Positions 39,788 to 51,014 of a stretch of DNA of 63,259 nucleotides are shown one piece after another. Made by a program: the position numbers and the translations under genes. How positions within the stretch are numbered: the stretch's first letter is position 1; each line of letters starts with the position of its first letter. Under the pieces are notes generated by a model. That model did not search any database. It worked only from the letters and a program-made list of their open reading frames with translations, and had not been told where the DNA came from. This stretch comes from an uncultured delta proteobacterium (lineage in GTDB: Bacteria > Desulfobacterota > WTBG01 > CAIYCZ01): positions 1 to 63,259 of the forward strand of contig CAWDOY010000040.1 in assembly GCA_963803975.1 (NCBI GenBank). Direction: 5' to 3'.

Positions 39788-40150
39788 CTATGCCAAACTT
39801 TCGAATATATCTGTATCAAGTATTGTTACGAACAAGCTGCCAACCAGAACACTTTCGTCCGTGTGCTGGCTCCACACTACGCGTGCCTCAAGATTTATTT
39901 TATTCATTTCCCTGTTTAATACTTCAATAAAAATCGGGGCGCCTGCCGCAAAATCATCATCCCTGGGAAGTTTTAGACAAGCGCCATTCACACTCATGTC
40001 AAGCACGGTACACTCTCTCTGCCTGCTGCGCTGTTCATGAGAATAGTTACCTTTCAGAACGAACTTAAAGCGGTCCCATGATCTTTTATCTTCGCTGGTT
40101 CTTTCAAGTTTGCTCATAATTCGTGCCTCAATTTTATTGATAGGGGTCAT
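39788..40150 (-). CDS. PilZ-domain protein
   Basis: KRSWDR (RxxxR) and DMSVNG (DxSxxG). Confidence 0.88.
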   Translation of the reverse strand: MTPINKIEARIMSKLERTSEDKRSWDRFKFVLKGNYSHEQRSRQRECTVLDMSVNGACLKLPRDDDFAAGAPIFIEVLNREMNKINLEARVVWSQHTDESVLVGSLFVTILDTDIFESLA

Positions 40151-40316
40151 CGCAAAATTCCACCAATTTCTAAACTATATATCGGCATAACCATGAAATG
40201 GTCAATAACCAAAGCTGGTTATTTTGAAAGATATTTTGCATTAGCAGCGCACTGTTTTTGTAGTAATCGCCGCAAATCGGTGCAGGGTAAAAGGGAACGT
40301 GAAAGGAGACGCGCAA

Positions 40317-41558
40317 TCACTTGGAGCGCATGAATAAAACCCAGGCTATAAGGATCGAAGCGGCTGCGACCCAGATCGGCACGGTGTAATGCTGGCCGAC
40401 AATGAACCCGCCGATGAGCGGCGGCAGAAACTGGGTCATGGCCTGTACGGACTGGTTGATGCCGAGTATCTCCCCCTGTCGTTCGTCACCGCCAAGGCCG
40501 GAAATGAGCGCCGTTAAATTCGGGTTGGACAGGCCGTTGGTAAGCGGTATGCAGGCAAGAACCGCAAACAGGAGCGGGTAATTCGGCACCAGCAGCAGCA
40601 CCGGGAATATGCCCGCCGACAGCAGGAGCGTAACGGTCAGGACCTGCGGCGGCCTGAATTTTTTTGATACCTTCGGCACAATCACGGCCTGGGTGAGTAT
40701 CGACCAGATGCCGATGTAGGAAAAAATCATGCCGAGCTGGGACCGGGTCGCGGCGAACTGATCGATGAGAAAGACCTGGAAGAACTGCGTGAAGAAATTG
40801 AAGCCGAAGCCGAGGAAAAAGACAACCAAAAACATGTTGCGGCTCACGGCTTCCTGAAAGGCCCTCATAATGTTGAGCGGGCCGATCAGAAGGTGAAAGT
40901 CAGCATGCCTCCTTCTTTCCGGGGGCAGGGTTTCAGATAGCTGCCACGCCACCTGCCCGATATTCGCGAGCGTTAACAGAGAAGACAGCCAGAACGGGGT
41001 AGCATAATTAAACCAGGGTCGGATGGCAGGATCGGAAAGAAACCCGCCGAGCGCCGGCCCGATAAACAGGCTCGCACCGAACGCAGCGCCGATGAGCCCG
41101 AAATTCTTCGCCCGGGACGTCTCGTCGCTTAAGTCCGCGATGGCTGACTGCGTTACCGCAATGCTTCCGGAAAAGCACCCCATGACGATGCGGCTGAAGA
41201 ATGCGAGCGCAAGGCTTGCGCGCATGATGCTCACCGCCATGATGACAGAGCCTGCCAGCATGCCGGCAAGGGAGAAGAGCAGTATCTTTTTCCGGCCAAA
41301 GCGGTCGGAAAGCGTGCCGAGCATCGGAGAAGCGAAGAACTGGCAGAGCGGGAATATCCCCAGGATAAATCCCAGTATGGTTGTCCGGACCGGGATGCTG
41401 GTGCCGACCGCGATTATGCCGCCGCTCTGGTCCAGGCACAGCGGCGTAAAAATGGGAATGGCAATGGTCAGTCCGATAAAATTGAGGAACGCCGTAAAGG
41501 CAATGACGGCGAGGTCCCGCCGGAGATGTTTTTGTTCCATAGTAAGTAATCGGGACAA
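40317..41558 (-). CDS. MFS drug:H+ antiporter (TetA/DHA1-like)
   Basis: QFFASP.LG.LSDRFGRK, RAKNFGLIGAAFG, GPALGG. Confidence 0.9.
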   Translation of the reverse strand: MSRLLTMEQKHLRRDLAVIAFTAFLNFIGLTIAIPIFTPLCLDQSGGIIAVGTSIPVRTTILGFILGIFPLCQFFASPMLGTLSDRFGRKKILLFSLAGMLAGSVIMAVSIMRASLALAFFSRIVMGCFSGSIAVTQSAIADLSDETSRAKNFGLIGAAFGASLFIGPALGGFLSDPAIRPWFNYATPFWLSSLLTLANIGQVAWQLSETLPPERRRHADFHLLIGPLNIMRAFQEAVSRNMFLVVFFLGFGFNFFTQFFQVFLIDQFAATRSQLGMIFSYIGIWSILTQAVIVPKVSKKFRPPQVLTVTLLLSAGIFPVLLLVPNYPLLFAVLACIPLTNGLSNPNLTALISGLGGDERQGEILGINQSVQAMTQFLPPLIGGFIVGQHYTVPIWVAAASILIAWVLFMRSK

Positions 41559-41768
41559 CGCCCGGTATCAGTCAGTCAATACGGATTTGAGACTTCTGCT
41601 GTGGAGAAACCGGAAACAAACGTTAGCCGCAAAGAGGCACAATAATAATTTCAATCTAAAACTCAGAAAATAAGGGTACTTTGATTTACTTTATGATTTC
41701 CTGAGTTCCAGATTATTCATCTTAACACACTGATATGTTCAGATAACAATTCGTTGATACCCGTACTG

Positions 41769-42341
41769 CTATTTTTTTCTGAGTGCATCCTTAAGCTTCA
41801 GGCCGAGTTCCCGTGCCTGTTCCATGAATTCCGGCTTCTCCCGGACGTCATCCATACCCGCAATGGCCCCGAGTTTGCCCACGACCTTCATCTCGCTGTA
41901 ACCAAGAAACTTCTCCATGACCTCCAGTGTGTGTTCAATCCCGTGGCCTGCCACGGCGCCCACCACGGCGCCGGGTTTACCCGCGAGGGGTTTCCTGCCG
42001 TGCATGGGATTTTCCGATTCTTTGCCGATCCCCATGTAGCCCAGGGCGATGCTCCTATCCATCATGCTCTTCATCAGCCCCGAGACTTCGCCGTAATAGC
42101 AGGGTGAGCCGAGGACGATGGCTTCGGCATCAAGCATCTTCTTATAGAGGATGTTGGTCATCCCGTCCTGCTGCCAGCAGTTCTCCTCCACCACACAGCG
42201 CATGCATCCCGTGCAGTAGCCGAGGTTTAAGTCTATGAGCCATATAAGCTCTGATTCACCGCCGGTCGCTTTCAGGACTTCTTCAATGAGGCCGCCGGTA
42301 TTTCCCTCTTTTCTTCCGCTCCCGCAGATCCCAAGTATCAT
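41769..42341 (-). CDS. Iron-sulfur flavoprotein / flavodoxin family
   Basis: GSGRKEGNT, CTGCMRC..C, GSPCYYG..SGLMKSMMDR. Confidence 0.9.
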   Translation of the reverse strand: MILGICGSGRKEGNTGGLIEEVLKATGGESELIWLIDLNLGYCTGCMRCVVEENCWQQDGMTNILYKKMLDAEAIVLGSPCYYGEVSGLMKSMMDRSIALGYMGIGKESENPMHGRKPLAGKPGAVVGAVAGHGIEHTLEVMEKFLGYSEMKVVGKLGAIAGMDDVREKPEFMEQARELGLKLKDALRKK

Positions 42342-42412
42342 GGAGTTCTCCTTTCAAAGTGATGTTATCTTAGCCGTTCACCCTCAGTCTGCGAAGGGCT
42401 ATGGTTTTCTGA

Positions 42413-43714
42413 TCAGGTGTTCTGCAGATGGCCCGCAAAATAAGAATCATAGGCCCCCAGATCAAGCATGCCGTGACCGCTCAAATTAAAGAGTATGACC
42501 CGCTGTTTCCCTTCAGCTTTTGCCTCCAGCGCCTCGTCAATTGCAGCTTTTATAGCATGAGCTGATTCCGGCGCAGGGACAATTCCTTCACACCGGGCAA
42601 AAAGAATCGCTGCATCAAAAATCTCAAGCTGGCCATATGCCACGCCATCGATGAGTTTCATGTTATAGAGCTGGCTTACCAGCGGCGACATGCCATGATA
42701 GCGAAGGCCGCCGGCATGAATGCCGGGCGGAATAAAATCAGACCCCAGCGTATACATCTTCAACAGCGGCGTCTGCTGCGCGGTATCGCCGAAATCATAG
42801 CGGTACTCGCCTCCGGTTAACGAGGCGCAGGCTTTTGGTTCAACCGCAAGGGCGCGGACTTGTTTGCCGGAAAACTTATCCGCCAAAAAGGGGAATGCCA
42901 GGCCCGCGAAATTGCTGCCCCCGCCCACGCAGCCAATGATGACATCCGGATATTCCCCGGCAAGCTCCATTTGCTGCTTTGCTTCAAGCCCGATAATGGT
43001 TTGATGATGCACCACATGATTCACCACGCTGCCAATTGCATATTTGACCCCTTTGGAAGTCACCGCGTCCTCTATGGCTTCACTGATGGCAATGCCAAGA
43101 CTCCCGGGGGTATCAGGGTCCTCTGCGCTCAGCTTGCGGCCAAATGCTGTCTGGTCACTGGGGCTCGGATAAATGGTCGCGCCAAAGGTCTGCATGAGTG
43201 ATTTACGGTAGGGCTTCTGATAAAAGCTGACCTTAACCATATAAACCGTGCACTCAAGGCCAAAAAAACTGCACGCCATAGCCAGGGCACAGCCCCACTG
43301 GCCCGCGCCGGTTTCCGTCGCCAGACGCTTGATGCCTTCCTTTTTGTTATAATAGGCCTGAGCAACCGAGGTGTTTGATTTGTGGCTTGCCACCGGGCTG
43401 GTGCCTTCATATTTATAGTAGATTTTTGCCGGAGTGCCAAGGGCCTGTTCCAGCCGTATGGCCCGGTATAAGGGGGTAGGCCGCCACAGGGCAAGCATGC
43501 CGAGCACTTCCTCCGGGATGGTAATCCACCGGGCGCTGCTCACCTCCTGCTCAATAATGGAATCAGGAAATATCGGCTGCAAGGCATCGGGGCCGCATGG
43601 CTGCATGGTTCCGGGATAAAGCGGCGGCGCCGGCGGCACGCCCATGTCAGCGACAATATTATACCATTGTTTGGGAATATCTTTCTGCTGCAAAATAAAC
43701 TGTCTCTGTTCCAT
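42413..43714 (-). CDS. trpB2: TrpB2 (tryptophan synthase beta-like, type 2)
   Basis: IPKQWYN, WRPTPL, SHK(PLP)[33 protein letters not shown]; own GGGAGA RBS before ATG 43714. Confidence 0.93.
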   Translation of the reverse strand: MEQRQFILQQKDIPKQWYNIVADMGVPPAPPLYPGTMQPCGPDALQPIFPDSIIEQEVSSARWITIPEEVLGMLALWRPTPLYRAIRLEQALGTPAKIYYKYEGTSPVASHKSNTSVAQAYYNKKEGIKRLATETGAGQWGCALAMACSFFGLECTVYMVKVSFYQKPYRKSLMQTFGATIYPSPSDQTAFGRKLSAEDPDTPGSLGIAISEAIEDAVTSKGVKYAIGSVVNHVVHHQTIIGLEAKQQMELAGEYPDVIIGCVGGGSNFAGLAFPFLADKFSGKQVRALAVEPKACASLTGGEYRYDFGDTAQQTPLLKMYTLGSDFIPPGIHAGGLRYHGMSPLVSQLYNMKLIDGVAYGQLEIFDAAILFARCEGIVPAPESAHAIKAAIDEALEAKAEGKQRVILFNLSGHGMLDLGAYDSYFAGHLQNT

Positions 43715-43728
43715 AGCGTGTCTCCCTT

Positions 43729-44503
43729 TTACCATTCTTTTTTCGCGCTTATATTTTACCATGCTTCTTATAAAATAGCCCATGGGGCAGAGGAGGCTGC
43801 AGTAGCTTCTTCCGCCCAGCAGCGGTATTCCTATCACGAAGTAGAAAAGCTCGGCAGTAAAGAAATATACCAGTTTCTGCGCAGAGCGCAAGGGGTAGAT
43901 GGAGCCCGGCAGGGAAATGGCGGCAAGGAGCGCTGCGGTCATCAGGAAAAAATAGGCAGGAGGGATAACCTTTGCGACCCGGAGCAGGCGCAGGGGCTTC
44001 GGAGAAAAGACCCTGCCGTAGGTTTCAGAGAAGAACGCGCCGTGCGGGCAGAGATAGCCGCAGAAAGCTTTCGCGCCCCACTTATAAGTGATGAGCGGTA
44101 CAATGGCAAAACCCATAAACACGCTTACATAGAAGGCCGTTCTCGGGGTTGCCGGGTCAAAGGCCTGCAGGGAGTGGGGCCAGGGGTAGAGCAGGCACGT
44201 CCAGCTCCAGCTGTCGAGAAGCATCGGGAGCGCGAGGATGACTGTGAAGTGGCATGCCGAGAGGATGATGAGGCGTAGCCTGCGTGTTGGGTATTTGACG
44301 ATAAAATAGATGACCAGGCCCGCCATGATCATCTCGATCAGGAACAGGCTTGACCAGAAAAAGGCGTTCGCCATGCGCAGGGGTTTATGGCCGAAATCCG
44401 GATTGAGCTCAAAGATGATTTTTACAAACTCGGAAGCGAAGGTGACGAAGAAGATCAGCCAGAGCAGGAATTTTAAACTGTTCTTGAATTTTTCCATCCA
44501 CAC
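43729..44503 (-). CDS. Membrane protein with 4Fe-4S-binding (NapH/CcoG-like CxxxCP) motifs; runs in frame into trpB2 as assembled
   Basis: FCGYLCPHG and YCSLLCPMG with TM helices. Confidence 0.75.
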
Positions 44504-44685
44504 CCCCTCCTGTGAGGTGAAATAAATAAGCAGTCAGTCCCGAATCCCGAAGGCTTTCGGGATCAGCCGTCAGCGTTTTGAACACATAAAGCGTAAATCG
44601 GGACGGTTCTATTTATTACAACCCCTTCACAAATACAGCGTTTTTTTGCATCATCACAAATTCTTCTGCAGAATAAAGAGTTACC

Positions 44686-45099
44686 TTATATGTCTGTGAG
44701 TTCAATGCCGTTATCCGCACACCACTGGCGAAGCGCTTCTTTTGTATGCTGGTTTTCATAGTCATACCATTTTTCAAGCAGATCCTTTGAATCAAGCAAC
44801 TCTTTGTATCTGGAATAAGCACCCTTCCGCTTGAAAATAGCATGTACTTTTTCCAGCAACTCGGGACACTGTTCAGCGACGAAGTCCATAACCAGCCTGT
44901 TGCCAAGGTCCAGCTCATTTTTGTGGGGTATTTCAATGTACTCGTCAGAGTCTTCTATGTCTTCCGGCAAATCATCGGAATCACCCATGCCAGAAATATA
45001 GAATATCTCACCCGTCTTTTGAGACAATAGTGCACTGTTAGTAAATTGTGGCGCACTACTTACATAAAGGAAAGCATCTTCTATCTCATCAAGTTTCAT
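44686..45099 (-). CDS. UPF0158-family protein
   Basis: TGEIFY, YIEIP, KGAYSRYK, W.DYE..LRQWC..NGI. Confidence 0.88.
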   Translation of the reverse strand: MKLDEIEDAFLYVSSAPQFTNSALLSQKTGEIFYISGMGDSDDLPEDIEDSDEYIEIPHKNELDLGNRLVMDFVAEQCPELLEKVHAIFKRKGAYSRYKELLDSKDLLEKWYDYENQHTKEALRQWCADNGIELTDI

Positions 45100-45158
45100 A
45101 GCGCATCCTCCAACAGGTTGATTCCTGCTCCATTAATAGATACGTTTATTTTTTTAAT

Positions 45159-45314
45159 TCAGAAAGCCTGTACTTCTGTTTGATTCGTCAAGAGCCTGTC
45201 TTGTTTACGGCGCTTATGATTACTCTGCTTTTTCGCGTCAGCCTTTCTGCCCCAGTATGCTCCGCAACCCTTTTTAGCACCAGAGTGTTCTGTCTTCTTT
45301 ACTTCGTATCCCAT
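45159..45314 (-). CDS. Small basic hypothetical protein (frameshifted)
   Basis: GAGGT RBS; MGYEVKKTEHSGAKKGCGAYW..., needs indel correction to reach the stop at 45159. Confidence 0.35.
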   Translation of the reverse strand: MGYEVKKTEHSGAKKGCGAYWGRKADAKKQSNHKRRKQDRLLTNQTEVQAF

Positions 45315-45515
45315 ATCAATTTGACCTCGTCAATGAGTGAATTGGGCGGCAACCACAGTTTTTAAAAGCAATGAGTTATTAGGGTTAAATTTCCTATGTC
45401 GCTGGGGCAGAGGAGGAATAAGCTTTCATCTGGAGGGTTAAAAAATGGGTCAGTTAATTCCATTTTGCGCCTCAATTTGGAAGTTTAACTACCAATTTTA
45501 ATGATAAATGGTTAA

Positions 45516-45615
45516 GGGCACCTCTAATAATTTGGTTTTACGCTAAACAGCAGGAAGAAAAAACAATATGTTACATTCATTGAGGGCTTTGAAAATTCTA
45601 TTTTTAGAGTTCCCC
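45516..45615. mobile_element. 100-bp MITE-like element
   Basis: Terminal IRs GGGCACCTCTAATAAT / ATTTTTAGAGTTCCCC (13/16 match), flanked by TTAA on both sides. Confidence 0.55.
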
Positions 45616-45782
45616 TTAAATGTCAAACGCTAAAAAGGTTAACAGTGGAGCGGGGAAAAGGGGTGCTTTTAATTATCGGGATGGCGCTATTTCAAATGCC
45701 CCTTTTTTTTATTCTTTTTACTGGAGCCCCAGGTTTTAATGAAAAGCGGAGATAATTGCTGTCAGCTATAAAGCAGCGCGCA

Positions 45783-47588
45783 CTACCCCCGCGCGGCGCG
45801 TTTGCGCTTGCTGGCATCAAGCTCTTTTTTCCGCAGGCGTATGGACTGGGGCGTCACCTCCACCAGCTCATCTTCCTCGATAAACTCCAGCGCCTGCTCA
45901 AGCGTCAGCACGCGCGCCGGGGTGAGCTTGATGGCATCATCCGAGCCTGAGGCGCGCATGTTGGTGAGCTTTTTTCCCTTGCAGGGGTTGACCACCAGAT
46001 CGTTTTCCATGGCGTGCTGGCCGACAATCATCCCGGCATAGACCTCGAATCCCGGGCCGACAAAAAGAATTCCCCGCGGCTGCAGCGCGTCAAGGGAATA
46101 GGCAGTGGTCTGCCCGTGCTCCAGCGCGAGCAGCACCCCGTTCTTGCGCCCCGGAAGATCGCCCCGGTAGGGTGCGTACTCGTGGAAGATGTGGGTCATG
46201 ACCGCGGTGCCGCGGGTCTCGGTCATGAACTCGCTGCGCAGCCCGATGAGCCCCCGCGCCGGTATTATAAACTCAAAGCGCACGGTTTCAGCTATGGGAT
46301 GCAGGGAGACCATGTCAGCCTTGCGCGGCCCCATCTTCTCGATGATCGCGCCCTGGTATTCCGCAGGTACGTCAACCACCAGGTACTCCATGGGCTCGAG
46401 TTTTTTACCATCCTTTTCCCGCAGTATTACCTCGGGCTTGGAGACCGCGAGCTCAAACCCTTCGCGCCGCATGTTCTCGATGAGGATAGACAGGTGCAGC
46501 TCACCGCGGCCTGAGACCTTGAAGGTGTCGGGGCTGTCGGTATCCTCAACCGTCAGCGACACGTTGGTGCGCAGCTCCTTTAGCAGCCGCTCGCGGATGG
46601 TCCGGGCAGTGACGAATTTTCCCTCGCGTCCGGCAAAGGGGGACGTGTTCAGCATGAAATTCATGGAGATGGTCGGCTCGTCAATGGAGACGTAGGGAAT
46701 GGCAATGGGATTGTCTGCCGCGGCCAGGGTGTCGCCGATGCCTACCTCATCAAACCCGGCAACGGTGATGATATCGCCGGTCAGAGACTCCTGGATCTCG
46801 ACCTGCTTCAGCCCTTCATACCCGAGGAGCTTTGAAACCCGGCCGGTGGTTATTTCGCCGCCGCGCTTTATCAGCGCCACGGTCTCGCCGGTTTTCACCC
46901 TGCCGTTGAAGACCTTGCCGGTAGCGATGCGGCCGATGTAATCGTTGTAGTCGATATTTGCCACCAGCATCTGGAACGGTGCCGCGGGGCTTCCTCCGGG
47001 AGGGCGGACATTGCTTTCAATCACGGCAAAGAGCGGCTCCATGCTGGTGGAGGCGGTGTTTAAGTCAAGGGTTGTGCAGCCACGCCGGGCATTGGAGTAG
47101 ACGATCGGGAAATCGAGCTGTTCATCGGAGGCATTGAGCTCGCAGAACAGATCAAACACCATGTCCAACACTTCGTGCGGCCGGGCGCCGACACGGTCGA
47201 TCTTATTGATCACCACGATGGGCCTCAAACCCAGATCAAGAGATTTTTTCAGGACAAAACGGGTCTGGGGCATGGGGCCGTCAAAAGCGTCCACGAGCAG
47301 CAGCACCGAGTCGACCATCTTCAGCACCCGCTCCACCTCGCCGCCGAAATCAGCGTGGCCCGGCGTGTCCACGATATTTATCTTGTAGCGGCCGTGGTGG
47401 ATGGAGAGGTTCTTGGCGAGGATGGTGATCCCGCGCTCCCGCTCCAGATCGTTGGAGTCCATGACCCGCTCGGTGATAACCTCGTTGTCACGGAAGACAC
47501 CTGCATGGCGGAGCATGGCGTCCACCAGGGTGGTCTTGCCGTGGTCAACATGGGCGATGATGGCGATATTTCTGATTCTTTCCTGCAT
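45783..47588 (-). CDS. typA: Translational GTPase TypA/BipA
   Basis: [50 protein letters not shown]. Confidence 0.98.
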   Translation of the reverse strand: MQERIRNIAIIAHVDHGKTTLVDAMLRHAGVFRDNEVITERVMDSNDLERERGITILAKNLSIHHGRYKINIVDTPGHADFGGEVERVLKMVDSVLLLVDAFDGPMPQTRFVLKKSLDLGLRPIVVINKIDRVGARPHEVLDMVFDLFCELNASDEQLDFPIVYSNARRGCTTLDLNTASTSMEPLFAVIESNVRPPGGSPAAPFQMLVANIDYNDYIGRIATGKVFNGRVKTGETVALIKRGGEITTGRVSKLLGYEGLKQVEIQESLTGDIITVAGFDEVGIGDTLAAADNPIAIPYVSIDEPTISMNFMLNTSPFAGREGKFVTARTIRERLLKELRTNVSLTVEDTDSPDTFKVSGRGELHLSILIENMRREGFELAVSKPEVILREKDGKKLEPMEYLVVDVPAEYQGAIIEKMGPRKADMVSLHPIAETVRFEFIIPARGLIGLRSEFMTETRGTAVMTHIFHEYAPYRGDLPGRKNGVLLALEHGQTTAYSLDALQPRGILFVGPGFEVYAGMIVGQHAMENDLVVNPCKGKKLTNMRASGSDDAIKLTPARVLTLEQALEFIEEDELVEVTPQSIRLRKKELDASKRKRAARG

Positions 47589-47917
47589 GAGTGAGCTATC
47601 TCCTTCTATAAAATCTATTGCGTCCCCGGTAATAACGCCCGGGTGAATTTCATTTTCTCCCAGGGCCCTGATTTCTTCGGCGCCTGTCTTCATCTATGGG
47701 TACTGTTTCTTAAAATGGAACTGCCGGTGATAGACTGTTTTGATAACCCCCATTATTGAACATATTTACCATTAAGTAAACAGGAGAGATTTGCCCCGCC
47801 GCGATACTGCGACGGTTACCCTGATTCCAGGCAATGGATTAGGACCATGTCTCAATATTGTAATTACTGTGGACTTCTGATATGCTGTTCTCTAAAGGCC
47901 TTCTTCGATTAAACACT

Positions 47918-48610
47918 ATGCAAAAAATCCTCATCATCGATGACGATGCGCGGCTGGTAAAAAATGTCGAGACCTATCTGAAGGAGTTTAACTACCGGAT
48001 AGACTCGGCCTTGAATGGTGCGGACGGGCTGCGCAAGGTGCAGGCTCTGCAGCCGGACCTGGTGCTGCTGGACCTGATGATGCCGGGGCTTGACGGACTT
48101 GAAGTGTGCCGGGAAATCAGGAAGGACAGCACGGTGCCCATCATCATGCTCACCGCCCGCGGCGAGGAATCAGACGTGGTCTCAGGCCTTGAGGTGGGCG
48201 CTGATGACTACCTCACCAAGCCGTTCAGCCTGCGCGAGCTTGCCGCGCGCGTTAAAGCGGCGCTCAGGCGGGTTAAGGCGGCTGAGGCTCCCCCGCCTGC
48301 TGCGGAAAAGCCGCTCACTTTCGGCGACCTCTTCATAGACCCGGCCACCCGGTCTGTCACGCGGAAAAAGAAAGCCATAAGCCTCACCAACACTGAATTC
48401 AAGCTGCTCATGCTGTTTGCCGCACACCCCGGCGTGGTCTTCAGCCGCGACCGGCTCCTTGATGAAGTGCGGGACCGGGAGCTTGAGCCGTTTGACCGCT
48501 CCATTGACGCGCACATCAGCAACCTGCGCAACAAAATAGAGGATTTGCCCAGAAAGCCCCGCTACATCATAACCGTGTGGGGCGCAGGATATAAATTTCA
48601 GGTCTCCTGA
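47918..48610 (+). CDS. OmpR-family response regulator
   Basis: ILIIDDD, LDLMMP, ADDYLTKPF, DRSIDAHISNLR, TVWGAGY. Confidence 0.95.
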   Translation: MQKILIIDDDARLVKNVETYLKEFNYRIDSALNGADGLRKVQALQPDLVLLDLMMPGLDGLEVCREIRKDSTVPIIMLTARGEESDVVSGLEVGADDYLTKPFSLRELAARVKAALRRVKAAEAPPPAAEKPLTFGDLFIDPATRSVTRKKKAISLTNTEFKLLMLFAAHPGVVFSRDRLLDEVRDRELEPFDRSIDAHISNLRNKIEDLPRKPRYIITVWGAGYKFQVS

Positions 48611-48613
48611 TAT

Positions 48614-49993
48614 ATGAAAGGCTTCAGCAAAAGCATTTACGGGAAGCTGTTTCTGGCTTTTCTTGCCTCAATTATTCTGACCGCTTCCGTCATGGTGCTC
48701 ACCTATTTTATCTTTGCCCCTGAAATTGAGGTGCACCCCCATATTAAAAAAAGCCTTATTGATGAAACCCGCTCCATTGCCGAACGGATTACGGCTTCAC
48801 TCTCCGCACCATCTGCATCCCTCGCCGATATCACCAGAACCATCCATGTGAATGAGCAGGCCAACATCCGGGTCTTTGACACGCAGGGCAGGGAATTGGC
48901 CGCATGGATGGAACCCCGTCTCAGGGACACGCGCAGGATCTCCACGACCGTTATTGAGGAAACGCTTCGCTCTGGTGAACATCTGGCCCTGATTTTTCCC
49001 CGCTGGATCCATGTGGTATCCATGCCTCTGAAGCGCGGTCAGCAGCCAATAGCAGTGCTGCAGGTTTACTACCCGCTCATTGAAAAAAGCATCTTTCCCC
49101 AGGGCGCGCCCACACTCATCCTGCTTTTTCTCCTCGCAGGCATGACCGCTGTTTTCTCCCGCTGGCTGACCAAACCCATTCGCGAATTAACCAAAGGGGC
49201 ACGCAGGATGTCCATGGGCAGATTCGGGGTGCAGGTCAATATCCGCTCGCGGGACGAAATCGGTGAACTGGGGAGCGCCTTTAATGATATGTCCCGGCGC
49301 CTGGCTGATTTTCACAAATCGCGCACCGAACTGCTTGCTGACATTTCACACGAAATCCGCTCGCCGCTGGCGCGCATCCAGACCGACGCTGAAATCCTCA
49401 TTGACCGGGAGATGGAAAAAGAGGCGCAGTCCAAGCACCTGCAGGCGATATGCGAGGAAGTAAACCACATTGATCATCTGATTGATGATTTCCTGATGCT
49501 TTCGCGCCTGGAAAATAACGAGCTGACCATTGAGCGCTCCCGCGTTGCACTAGGCGAGGTCTTGTCCCGCGAGGTCTCGCGGTTTCTCCTTCAGGCCGAA
49601 GAGAAGGCCATCACGCTCAAACAGGAGATTGCGTCCGGCCTTCCCGCGGTTATGATAGACGAGAAGCGCATCGGCCAGGTTATTTCCAACCTGCTCGCCA
49701 ATGCCATCCGCTACACCCCGCCAAACGGCACCATAGAGGTAGGAACAAAATCCAGCGCTTCAGAAATTCAGCTCTGGGTCAGTGATACCGGCGCGGGAAT
49801 CCCACCGGAAGACCTTCCCTATATTTTTGACCGGCTCTACCGGGTGGACAAATCAAGGTCGCGCTCGACCGGCGGCACCGGCCTCGGCCTTGCAATTGCG
49901 AGACGCTTTGTTGAGGCACATGGCGGGCATATCAGGGCGGAGAGTGAGGTTGGCAAGGGGACTATGATTGTAGTTACGCTACCTCTGGGCTAA
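48614..49993 (+). CDS. HAMP-domain sensor histidine kinase (BaeS/CpxA-like)
   Basis: SRDEIGEL, SHEIRSPL, NLLANA, DTGAGI, GGTGLGL. Confidence 0.95.
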   Translation: MKGFSKSIYGKLFLAFLASIILTASVMVLTYFIFAPEIEVHPHIKKSLIDETRSIAERITASLSAPSASLADITRTIHVNEQANIRVFDTQGRELAAWMEPRLRDTRRISTTVIEETLRSGEHLALIFPRWIHVVSMPLKRGQQPIAVLQVYYPLIEKSIFPQGAPTLILLFLLAGMTAVFSRWLTKPIRELTKGARRMSMGRFGVQVNIRSRDEIGELGSAFNDMSRRLADFHKSRTELLADISHEIRSPLARIQTDAEILIDREMEKEAQSKHLQAICEEVNHIDHLIDDFLMLSRLENNELTIERSRVALGEVLSREVSRFLLQAEEKAITLKQEIASGLPAVMIDEKRIGQVISNLLANAIRYTPPNGTIEVGTKSSASEIQLWVSDTGAGIPPEDLPYIFDRLYRVDKSRSRSTGGTGLGLAIARRFVEAHGGHIRAESEVGKGTMIVVTLPLG

Positions 49994-50023
49994 GACGGGC
50001 AGGCACTGCTTCCGTGCTGCAGT

Positions 50024-50167
50024 TCATTCAACAAACGACTCGACAACAGCATCCGCGAAACTTGACTGCTCCATCACGCCGTACACCACCAGCGCAATTA
50101 AGAGCACTATGGCCGCGAGATAGACGGTGATTTGCACATAACGGCGCTGTTTAAAAAATTTCAGCAT
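50024..50167 (-). CDS. 47-aa single-TM membrane protein
   Basis: MLKFFKQRRYVQITVYLAAIVLLIALVVYGVMEQSSFADAVVESFVE*; below the ORF-track cutoff. Confidence 0.5.
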   Translation of the reverse strand: MLKFFKQRRYVQITVYLAAIVLLIALVVYGVMEQSSFADAVVESFVE

Positions 50168-50459
50168 ACATCTTCTACTGTTTTTCCGTTTCCTCTTTGA
50201 GCCCGCTTATTCTGCAGGGAGATATAAGCACATGCTGCTATAGTTTTGAACTTAAAATAAGCATCTGTCAATAGTCGGCGAAGATTCTACGCCACTTTTT
50301 TTCAAGGCTCTCCTTGTCAAGCATCGCATCTTCTTCCTTGGCTAAAAAAGCGCCGGCAGCACCGTGACAACCTTGTCGCAGAAATAGTCAGGCGCAGACA
50401 CAAGGTTTTCATAGCCCTGCGATAGACACAGCGAGCAATACTGCTTTGCCGCCAAGAAC

Positions 50460-51014
50460 TTGCCTCACACGGCAACAAACAGCCCGAGAACAGGTAATTG
50501 TGACAATGATTTATGGTCAATCACCATTTCCCTGCAAGAAGTGGAAACAAAAGACCTTACGGGAGCGTTAAAATCTTTAAAGCTGCTGTACAGTACTCCG
50601 GTTAATGCGCGTCACTTTTATGAACGGCTTGTTATATCAGTTTCCGGCTATGATAACGATAGCCGCAATCTGGAGGAAATTGGTGAGGTAAAAGAATTCA
50701 TCACATTACTTGATGAGCAGTTTCCCTACTGGTTTTATTTTTTTAACAATGAGGAGTTCAATTCAGTTGAGTGGATAACATTATGTCTGTGTGATTTTCA
50801 AAAGCAGGGCAAGTTTTACAGCATTGAAAATGATACTTTTAATGACTTTCTTGAAAAACATTTGGCAGCAATGTTTTTTATGTGTCAGCTGGCAGGGTTC
50901 AGTAAGGATGAAACAGATGCCTTAACCAGAAAGATATTTAACTGTTATCAGTCAGCATTGAAAGTTGCCGCACGAACTTGTGCTAAATCCATAAAGATAA
51001 AAATAGGCGAATAG
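50460..51014 (+). CDS. CRR6 (chlororespiratory reduction 6)/DUF1817-like protein; start uncertain
   Basis: L.ISVSGYDNDSR.L.EI.EV..F...LDEQFPYWFYF. Confidence 0.65.
   Translation: MPHTATNSPRTGNCDNDLWSITISLQEVETKDLTGALKSLKLLYSTPVNARHFYERLVISVSGYDNDSRNLEEIGEVKEFITLLDEQFPYWFYFFNNEEFNSVEWITLCLCDFQKQGKFYSIENDTFNDFLEKHLAAMFFMCQLAGFSKDETDALTRKIFNCYQSALKVAARTCAKSIKIKIGE

Noticed and set aside
42413..44503. Novel 4Fe-4S membrane protein-TrpB2 fusion (696-aa ORF)
   Set aside because: trpB2 has its own RBS and ATG (43714), and removing one base from the A6 run near 43740 gives ..KREKEW* just upstream; most likely a homopolymer error, though reads should confirm
44560..45360. Integron cassette array
   Set aside because: Small AT-rich genes are present, but I found no convincing attC (RYYYAAC..GTTRRRY) pairs and no intI
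50024..50026. Selenocysteine read-through of the TGA ending the 47-aa ORF
   Set aside because: No redox-motif context, no clear hairpin, and read-through would run into the convergent kinase gene
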